In this document: piece by piece, positions 54,172-64,000 of the stretch
Numbering within the stretch: position 1 is the first letter of the stretch
Layout: the number at the start of each line of letters is the position of its first letter
Assembly: GCF_006345805.1 (NCBI RefSeq)
Contig: NC_043012.1
Coordinates: 51,956,001 to 52,020,000, forward strand
Origin: Octopus sinensis
Taxonomy: Eukaryota
DNA: 64,000 bases
Reading direction: 5' to 3'
Notes under the pieces: model-generated
Told to the model about the DNA's origin: nothing
What the model saw: the letters and a program-made list of their open reading frames with translations, nothing else
Databases searched by the model: none
Program-made: the position numbers and the translations under genes

Positions 54172-55389
54172 ATGTGTGTGTACTTATATAAATATATATA
54201 CATACATATATATGTGTGTGCTTGTATGATTGCGTTTGTGTATGTGTAGATGGGATATATGTATATGTTTGTAGGCGCTTGCATGTAAGAGACTGCGTGT
54301 GTGTGCACGCACATATACAAGGAAGGATGCACTCACACACATACACATACCCTGTGAAATTTAAGTTAACCTTCTAGGATATTGTTAAATTCATTTATAT
54401 TAATTGTACCTCTACTTTCAACATCATTTTTAAGTAGAAAGTATTATATTATGGAATAAATCATATACATATGAGATGTATTTCATATTAATTTATATAA
54501 TATTGTATATTACCACACATTACCTCACAATAAACGTAAATATAAAGTTATATGTGTTATGAATAACTAATGTTGATTCTACCACGCCATAAACATTTCG
54601 CATTCAGCATACGCTAAGCATTTCGCCTGGCTTACTAACGTTTCTGCCATCTCGCCGTCTTATGAACACAATACTGAACTACACATGGATATATACTTCA
54701 ATGAATAGAAATATTTATATACACGTCTATGTATATCTGAATCTATGGTGGTGGATAACCAAAATTATTAACTTATCGGGGAGTATTTCTTGTTGTTCTG
54801 TGTGTTGCATGTGTGGGTATATGTATCTGTATATGTATGTAGATATAGTGTGTGTGAGTGTATCTGTGTGTATGTTTGTGTGTGTATGTGTTTGTGTGTG
54901 TATGTGCATGCGGACTGTGTCCACATTAGTTAAATTTCAGTAACGAATTCCTGTTACAATTTAGAATGACAATATTTGAAAGACACTGATGGTGTTTTTA
55001 ATTTGATCTTTTGCGAATTTCTTACGGCCCGTCACTTAATGAGATTATCTTTTAAATTGACTGAGAATGGCAAAAGCTAAACACTCATTCAGAAAATTGT
55101 ATAGCTGTCACAAAATGTTCTTCTAACGGGCTCGGCTATCAGAACACAAATTGGTAAAATACAGTGAAGTGTAATGTAGAGTGCCCGTATAGCTGAGATC
55201 TAGATCTGCTCAGTGAAACTACTTTATGACGTATTATTACGTTTCCATGTTTCCATTAATATGCATGCATTATGTAATGGTATATTCACAGATCAATGAA
55301 AATAAAGAAAGCTAGCTGATCAGATCGCCAGTACATCATGCTTACACAAACGTGTCAACTTTATACAGAAAATATTTCTCTATGTAGAC

Positions 55390-55640
55390 AATGGTTTGGT
55401 CAGTAAAACTGTATTGACGCAGGACCAGATACTTCAACAGCCTGAGCTTCAAATACACACAACTCTTCAATATCTTAGTCAAAACCTGGAACACCTACAT
55501 AGGCTGGATATAGGCGTCTTCAAAACGAAACTGGATCTCTTATCAAGAGTTTCGGATGATTCTACCTCGCTGCAAGAAACGCATATGAGGGCAGCAATAT
55601 CAAATTCCTCTGTTCAGCAAGTGCCACCTTCAGAAGAGGT
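55390..55640 (+). pseudogene. 3' terminal remnant of a CR1/L2-type LINE
   Basis: LQYLSQNLEHLHRLDIGVFKTKLDLLSRVSDD...RAAISNS resembles the LFN.LP...FK.KLD..L..VPD C-terminus. Confidence 0.6.
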
Positions 55641-55893
55641 TTACTGTCGCAAATCTAACGATGCATGGCCGCAGCTCTCAAGCTGAAACTGGAAAAAATG
55701 TTTCATATGAATTCAGCTGCTAGATAGAGGTTTAGGTATTTGAGCATCCTTCATTTTAGAAATAAACAGGGAGGGATGAAAATAATAAGTAAAGTATTGA
55801 AAGGTAATGTAAGAAAATAAATAGCTTAAATATAAAATCATATATGTAGTAATTATTTCAGTGTATTGACCTTCATGTCATAATAATTTACAG

Positions 55894-55999
55894 TGAAATT
55901 ATTACCAGATGAGGAAGATTGCGAAACGGCTTTAATCCAAAAGATGCTAATTGTTTCAATAATATATTCACTTCTCATACCTCCTGTCATCTTAGGCTT

Positions 56000-56004
<5 letters not shown>
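55894..56004 (+). CDS. Candidate transmembrane-encoding exon (V)KLLPDEEDCETALIQKMLIVSIIYSLLIPPVILGFM
   Basis: Acceptor aataatttacag; in frame with 53856-54036; ~20-residue hydrophobic run; donor weak and ambiguous (56002/56004/56006). Confidence 0.3.
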
Positions 56005-56082
<78 letters not shown>

Positions 56083-56690
56083 TCTTCTGTATGTGGCATG
56101 ATTAAACAGTCACATATAGAACCAGAAACATCAAAATGTCCATAAATAAAAAATATAAACCTTTTCAAGTTAAAATAAACATACAGCAATGTATTATGGG
56201 GTGTATATTTACTTCTGTCATGCTTGTGAATATGTGTGTGTGTTTGAGTGAGTGCGTGTGTGTGTGTGTTTGTGTGTGTTGTGTGCGTGTGTGTGTGTAT
56301 GTTTATCTGTGTATATCTTAAATTCCGTGACGATAATAACCTGGTGACACCTTATGAAATATTCAGGATATTTTCGGAGTGATCAACTAAACATTTCATT
56401 GATACGTGATACTCGAATGATATACAACTTTATGATAACTTTAAAATTATTGAGTCTTTAATAGCGATTCGAAATCGTCGTTTTTTTCATAGAATTTTAA
56501 TAAAACACGCCAACGTACTTTAACATAGTCATTTGCACCATTTCAAAATGACACGTGCTTAAACTTTAGTTTCCTGAGACATAGAAATGAGTTACCTTGG
56601 ATATACGAGCGGCTAATAATTTACGTTTTCCTCAATATATAAGAGACATTTTAATTGCGAAGTAATGATGATGCGCATACTTAATTTTAG

Positions 56691-56773
56691 CCTTGAAATG
56701 CCTCCGTCAATTTGAAGACATTTATAATCCTTTCGAAAATTCAGCACTACATATTTTAACTAACCCAGGATAA
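56691..56773 (+). CDS. Candidate terminal exon (S)LKCLRQFEDIYNPFENSALHILTNPG*
   Basis: Acceptor cttaattttag in phase 1; stop at 56771-56773; AATAAA at 56797-56802. Confidence 0.2.
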
Positions 56774-56930
56774 ATATTATACTCCTTGTAAATTACAATA
56801 AAGTAATTGAGGTTGTTTAGAATTCATATAGAAATGAGATGAAATAGCTTTCAAAATTTATAAGTATTTGATTAAGGAAATTTGTTTTTATGTACAAGCA
56901 AATTGTAAATTTCATTGGAACAAAATTCGG

Positions 56931-56961
<31 letters not shown>

Positions 56962-58817
56962 TGTATGTATATATTTATATATATATATATATATATATTC
57001 TTTTTTTTTTTAGTAAGTAAACACAGTTTGGAGTAGGGTGGAAGAAAATCTTATAGCAGTATTACCATTATTATAGAAAATATGTAATTACATTTGGACA
57101 GAAATAGATGATATTAACTAGACATCAGACCGAACAAAATCCAATCATGACTATGTTTTCAATAAATGTCACTAAAGTATTCTTTCCTGATTCATTCAAT
57201 TATATGAGCACTACTTTCTGACAAACGTTATTAATATTTGCATGAAAGCTGAATTTTGTGGCAGTGCTAGTCTTTAAATTCTCCTACAAAAATCTTGCTG
57301 ATTGTCCTACTATATTATTAGACATAAAAGAAATAATGAACTGATGGCAAAATTGTAAATTAATTGATCGAATCACCAGTCATTTTATAATTGTATTACG
57401 ATATAGCGTAATGATTATTATTGACTGGATTATTTCAGTCTTTAGCCGAACAGAATTCTATATGACGGAAAGACCAGTTGATTTTTGCTACAACACCTCC
57501 TTTTATTTTATGAAGAGGAAATCTGAAATTGTCAACAACATTATCAGAACTTACGTATATCGATATCATTAAATCAATACATAAAGAAATTAGCTAATTT
57601 ACAATGTAAAATTTCAGCAAATCTTAATGAACCCTTGAGAGATTTTATCGAATGTTCGAGTTTCATTATCACTGATTATCCCTTATTTTAAAACCAAAAT
57701 TCATGTATGAACAAATCAGTTCCATTTAGCATCTATTTTGTCGTTCATTATAAACGCCATCATCCCCTTCTATTTCACAAAAACAGGGTAAGAGACCAAT
57801 AAAGTAGTTTGCTTTATTAACATGAAGAAATTTACCGGAGGCAAGTGATATTCCGACAGAATTTGTATTAACCAATTTGCCATAAAGAAATAGCCGGAAG
57901 ACTTAAGAGTTAGATTGCCAGTCGATAATAAAGTTTTATGCTAACACACTAATGTTTCAAGCAATAACTTGAAACAAGTGCTATCGGGAAACAGAGCCAA
58001 TTGCAATGCGTTCAAGATGACTTCAGGGTTGAAAATTGTTCTGGCACAGATTTGAGTGTAGGAGTAAGACATGCTGTATCAGCCAAAATACTTATTTTTC
58101 AGACGTCTAACAATGCTATTTGAGTCCCGATATTACCTCCCACACCGTCGTCCATAAATAGTTCTTACACAATGAATCTGTTGATGTTTGTTGGCTCTAA
58201 AGTATTTCACACAGTTTACGTTCCAACTGATCAATTCCCCAATGCCAAAAGCCCACTGGCCGAATAAACTGTTAGTCCTAAACTATTTTGGTTATCCTTA
58301 CACCCCTACTATTTTTTTTTATGATATTTAAATTTTTAAACCCTTTTAATTGTTTTATAGCAAACTGATTAAATTTGCACATCTACAAAAATGAAGACGG
58401 AGTTAACCTCAGTCACACCTATATAAACAAGTGTAAATTCTTCTTACGTGTTCATATCTGAGTAATTTATGTTCATCTTGTTCTATTTCTGTAAAAAGTG
58501 ACACGGTTTTAATTTGCTGCATAAAATACTTACATGTGAAGGTTAGACGAATTCTTTTTTTTTACTAAAATTATTGCAGTATGTTTGTGTGTGCGTGTGT
58601 CTATGTATATACGCATGTGCTTGTAGGCATGTGTGTGTGTGTGTGTTTACATCGATACATTTCATACGCGCATTTATGAAATATAAAATACTTCATTTTA
58701 TTGGAATGTTTTGAGAACATTTACTTTCTAATACTTTGTTACATTTCTACGTACCAAAACTTTCAATTGCTGCTTAACACCGCTCCTCGTTATACATGTT
58801 CTGGTTAATATACATGC

Positions 58818-58950
58818 AAATTCCACCGCGGTCGGCTTTACCTTTTATCCTATTGGGGTCGATAAATTAAGTACCAGTTTGATACTGGGGTCGATCTAAT
58901 CAACTGGACCCCTCCACCAACATTTCGAGCCTTGTGCCCAGAGTAGAAAA
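58818..58950 (+). mobile_element. SINE group B 3' fragment (B2-type)
   Basis: Alignment to the B copies. Confidence 0.85.
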
Positions 58951-59668
58951 AAATACACATGAGCCCAGTATAGTCTCGAATACACAATTTATATTATATA
59001 CAAATCTTCAACATTTCTACATTACGAAGCGTATTTATTATTTTTCAGCCGATGTAGTAAATATTTAATTCGAACTTTGTTATTCGTATGATATTTTTAG
59101 TTAGAGAGAAATGAAACTGATGGTTTTGACACAAAAATATAGTGTAGCCACAATTACTTAGGAGAACAAAAAAGATACCTTGAAGTAATAGGTTAACCAA
59201 GAAGTAGAAGTTTTATTTTTCCGATTACTATCTTAAACATCAAGTTGTACTATAGGGTTTATTGATGCAGACACACATAACAACACACCTAAAAACATAA
59301 CAACACACCTAAAATCACACATACATACATATATACATTCATGAGGAATCACATGAACAAAACAAATTACTACTTAATATAATGTCCTCATTATTCAGAG
59401 GTAATATTCCTCTACTCTTAGACGTTGGTTTTCTGTAAGAACAAACTACACTCTGGTAGTTATCATGAGAGAAACTCCTATATTATCTTTTGATGTAACA
59501 TGAACACTTTTTATATCAGTAGCGAGGAGATAAATCTCAGGTACCTTCAGATCACGCCTCACCAAGTCGAGAGATACCCTCCTTTTACTGTCTCCGTAAT
59601 TAGACAGACCCCGGAACCACGTGGTTGAGAAGCAAACTCATACAACACAGTCATACATTCATCCTGCA

Positions 59669-59743
<75 letters not shown>

Positions 59744-59756
59744 CATATATGTATAC

Positions 59757-59788
<32 letters not shown>

Positions 59789-59812
59789 TTCATACACATA
59801 CACACACATCAT

Positions 59813-60117
59813 CTCGTATTTGATGGCCTATATGACCCAAAAACAACTTTAAAAATCTCCAATACACTCAATAGAGGCTCAAAATGGTATGTTTACAAAA
59901 TATGTGCTGTCACCTATTGGTGAACAATCGCCTACGGTATGTTTATATCAAATGTGGATGCAATAAATTGCTTTTAATTACTGGTAATAACATAAAGTTA
60001 CACAGGTAAGTGGAGGCATTAAAACATTATGTTAGTGGTAATTAATTTTACAAAAGAATAGCCAGGGCTAGGGTGCGTCCTATGCACTCTTGCGTCGTAT
60101 AGGCCATCAAATACGGG
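59813..60117. mobile_element. ~305-bp MITE-like element
   Basis: TIRs cgtatttgatggcctatatgac (59815-59836) and gtcgtataggccatcaaatacg (60094-60115), 1 mismatch in 22; microsatellite flanks. Confidence 0.65.
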
Positions 60118-60221
60118 TATATGTATATATTATATATATATAATATATATATATACCGCTTGTGTACCGTTGGCGATTTTTTTCCTCCGTCTTCCCTTCT
60201 TTGGATCTTTCCTTTTCCTAT

Positions 60222-60256
60222 GTTTCTGACGAAGAGCTCCGCTCGAAACGTTAAAC
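60222..60256 (+). ncRNA. Minimal (dimer-type) hammerhead motif
   Basis: GUUU-CUGACGA-A-GAGC(UCC)GCUC-GAAAC-GUU-AAAC; stem I GUUU/AAAC; stem III only possible through the palindrome AACGUU in a dimer; extra A before stem II. Confidence 0.55.
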
Positions 60257-60364
60257 CCTCCTTCTTTTCTTCTTTTTTTGAGCTTCCAATAATACTATAC
60301 TTGTTCCACGTCCTCGCGTTGTTGTGTTTGCTGTTTGCGTTTTCATGTTTCAATTAACTATATA

Positions 60365-60407
<43 letters not shown>

Positions 60408-60476
60408 CTTTTGTTTTCCACCTGCCTTCATCTTTTGTTTATTTTCATAAAGCTTCCCGTTATATATATATATATA

Positions 60477-62440
60477 TTCGACTTTGGTTATTCTACAAAG
60501 AATATATCAATAACGTCCAACGAGGTCTATACGAAAATGTTGCAAAAGAAAATGATAGAGCTTGTGCGGCGCATGAGGTGGAACGCGTATTTCTATAATG
60601 AGGGCACGCCAACCTCTGAAGCCAAAGCGTGCGGGATCAGGTTTAGCAGGTTCACACCGAGGATGAAAGAGATCAAAGCCTTCGAAGCGAACCTACAGGA
60701 CATCATTTCCTGGCTAAGATTCTGTGAGTCCTCTTCCCCTTTTGTACAGACATACAGCAACTAAAAATTTCCGACAGTTCCTTGCACATATTACAGATAT
60801 ATATATAGGATAGAGACAAATACTTACGATATCCTTTTAGACATTTGCATTAAACAGAAATATACGCCAAATGCTGCTTAATCAAACCCGCCATTCTGAG
60901 TTTGGCCAGGCGAGCAAAACACACTTGGGAAGATCAACGACACCATAACTCTCACTATGGCGCATCACCAAAGAGGTGATCTCATGGCTTAATGCCAGCC
61001 GGAGAGGGTTAGAGCAAGGTTAACACAATTCGACATAGTCGACTTTTATCCGTCCACATCGAACGGTTTGCTGATCAAGGCACTTTCTTTCACTAAGGAC
61101 TTGGCGGACATTAGCGACAGAGATATAAACATCGTCAAGCATGCCAGAAGAACAATGCTGTTCAATAAAGATTCGATATGTGTCAAACAAACTAACCCCG
61201 AGTGTAACCCCTCTTTGATGCAACGATGGGAACCTACGATACCGCCGATGCATGTAAACACATTGAAACGGGGTGAGCTGGCAGAATCGTTAGCACGCCG
61301 GGCGAAATGCTTAGCTGTATTTCGTCTGCCGCTACGTTCTGAGTTCAAATTCCACCGAGGTCGACTTTGCCTTTCATCCTTTTGGGGTCGATTAAATAAG
61401 TATCAGTTACGCACTGGGGTCGATATAATCAAATTAATCCGTTTATCTGTCCTTGTTTGACCCTTCTGTGTTTAGCCCCTTGTGGGTAGTAATGAAATAG
61501 GTATTTCGTCTGTCTTTACGTTCTGAGTTCAAATTCCCCCGAGGTCGACTTTGCCTTTCATCCTTCCGGGGTCGATAAATTTCATACCAATTGCCTACTG
61601 GGGTCGACTGGCGCCCACCCCAACAATTTGGGGCCTTGTGCCCTGAGTAGGAAAGTGTGTAAACTCATTGGACTATACATTCTAGACATCTTAGTGAAGA
61701 AATTCTCTTCAGTCCTCAACAGTAACCGGAAAGATGATGCACTTAATCATCTCTAGAGAAGCCAACGGGCACATACTTGATAGGCTACAAAAGGACCTGA
61801 TTAGCGCCCCAGGCTCTATGGGATAGAAAATTACTATCGAGATGAACTTCGCCACCGGAGACTTCCTAGATGTCAATCTAGACTTGGGCTCTGGTACACA
61901 CAGGCCTTATAGCAAGCCAAGTGAAAGAATGTCCTACATCTATACAGCCTCCTGCCAGCACCCTCTTTTGTGAAGGGTTTCAGCAAGAGGGTCTCTAATC
62001 TATCCGCAAGTTAATAAATTTTCAGCACCGCTGCCCTCTGCTGTAACGTGGCACTGGCTTCCAGTGGGTTTAAGGACCGTATCTGATACATGCCAAACCA
62101 TAGCATCCACAAAAGAAAGCGACACCGGAACGTATTTTGGTTTGCCCCACCTTTCTCATTCAGAGTCAATATTTGTGTTGGAAGAATATTCCTCAGGTGA
62201 GTAGACAAACACTTGACACAGACACACAGGTATGGACGATTGTTCAATAGGCACAACCTAAGGTTCTTTTTTAGTTGTGTACCCAAAATGAAAATTATAT
62301 TAGCTAACATCCATAAAACTTTGGAGGAGGCTGGTTGCTCTTGTAGAATGCACAATGACTGTCCTGTGGGAGGCCGAAGGAGACCGAAGGATGCCGAGGG
62401 AATCATCTATGAGGCTGAGGTGATATTCAGACTTAGCTAC
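60477..62440 (+). pseudogene. Decayed Penelope-like retroelement (N-terminal region, RT, start of GIY-YIG), interrupted by a SINE
   Basis: FDFGYSTKNI..RRMRWNAYF; QFDIVDFYPS..IVKHARRTMLF..MGTYD; DFLDVNLDL..RPYSKP; WFAPPFS..DKHL..LFNRHNL..SC; CSCR...CP..G....IIYEAEV. Confidence 0.9.
61266..61657 (+). mobile_element. Composite SINE B (B1+B2) inserted in the PLE RT
   Basis: 13-bp TSD tgtaaac(a/t)cattg at 61253-61265 and 61658-61670. Confidence 0.9.
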
Positions 62441-63021
62441 CTTAGTAACAGCAGCAATGGGTCATCTAACAACATTGATGGAATCAGTAGCAGCGGTAGA
62501 AAAACCAGCATTAATACACCAACAATATCATAACGTCCGCATAGATATCATGTGCGCATGCGGGCCTGAGTATGTGTGTGCATGTATAATTGTATACTTA
62601 GTTGTATACGCAAACACACTCAGGTGTATACGCATATATGTGTATATGCATGTGTGCGTATGTGCACGTTTGCATATATCAGTATGTATGTATATGTATG
62701 TGTCTGATTGTACAATGTATGAGCATATGCATCGTAGACTGGCTAGGTGATTCGTCTTCAAACCAAGAGAGAACATGATGTTGACAAGCCACAAAAAAGT
62801 CAACACATCATACCCAACTACTATTGAGGGTGAGTTACCTCGCCTGTCCATGACTAAGATATTTTAACACCGGTGCAAAGAGAGCTTATATACTCAGCTC
62901 TCCTATTGCAGACACCGGAGAATACACAAAGCATATACATTAAAATATGTATGTAATAATATTTATTACACTAGAGCTTCTTTTACTTCAAATGTAAATG
63001 TGAATCTATATACAGGCATAC

Positions 63022-63083
<62 letters not shown>

Positions 63084-63920
63084 CATTTATCCGTCTATAT
63101 TGTTAACAAGGTAAAATACACTCATCTATTTATATATATACATATATATATACATATATATGCATGGCCGCAGCTCTGAGCTGAAACTAGAGAGAGAAAA
63201 AAAAATATATATATATACATATACATACATATACATAGGGTGTATATAAATATATAAATATGTACGTATATATAGGCATGTCAGTGTGCGTTTTATATGT
63301 ATGGATATATGTATCTAAGTATATGTGTGTGTGTGTGGTGTGTGTGTGTGCATCGATGTATGTATGAATATGAGTGCGGGTGTGTATATGTACATATAAT
63401 TGTAAGTGTTTGTACATGGCCTGAGGATACACAACTTCATTTCATGATGCAGGGAAACGGTTACATAACCAAATACCTTCAAGTTTGGAGAACCACGTTG
63501 TGTGTACAACACTTGTTGTGATTGCAAATCAATGTCCAAACGCATTCGTTCTTGTTGACACCAACTTATTCCATTATCTATTGACACAATACAGAAGCCC
63601 AAACGCGAATCCGGCAGTACGTATAATACTACTACTACTACTACTTGGCACTGGATAAAATCTGAAAATGGACGAGCTTTATACTCTGTTCTAATATGTT
63701 CTTAACAGAATATAACATATCTATATATATAACCTCAGTCAATCTAAATGTATATATTTGTCACTACCTGTCATAAATAGCCTTTTTCTATTTGCAATAT
63801 GCATTTTCGTTGATTTTTTCATATTTTACTCTTACGTTTCCACGTGTATTTTATATTTTCTTTACGTAACATATTTCTACTATATATATATATATATATA
63901 TAATATATATATATATATAT

Positions 63921-63957
<37 letters not shown>

Positions 63958-64000
63958 GTGTGTGTGTTGTGTGTGTGTGTGTGTGTGTGTGTGCATCGAT

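Overview
Eukaryotic, AT-rich, microsatellite-dense genomic DNA. It contains no prokaryotic operons, rRNA, true tRNA genes or CRISPR arrays, and almost all ORFs in the supplied track are translations of (TA)n/(TG)n/(GATA)n repeats or of SINEs. The repeat content resembles an octopus (coleoid cephalopod) genome; this is inferred from recalled repeat families, not a database result. Supported content: (1) about 30 copies or fragments of three tRNA-like SINE groups, some in tandem or nested arrays and some with swapped modules; (2) decayed retroelements: Penelope-like RT/GIY-YIG remnants (5500-5817, 60477-62440), CR1/L2-type LINE remnants (26050-26860, 48985-49690, 55390-55640) and an R4/Dong-like C-terminal remnant (12590-12900); (3) an internally deleted mariner with intact TIRs and TA TSDs (39927-40492); (4) several fold-back/TIR elements. 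The most interesting signal is at least four complete minimal type I hammerhead ribozyme folds with palindromic stem III (2534, 29277, 32356 minus, 60222), plus two damaged ones. One lies in a 353-bp terminally redundant, partly inverted, TA-flanked unit that looks like a retrozyme or non-autonomous Penelope derivative. Several stop-free intervals between strong splice sites on the + strand may be exons of an unrecognised gene, possibly a single-pass membrane protein (53856-56773), but these are low confidence.
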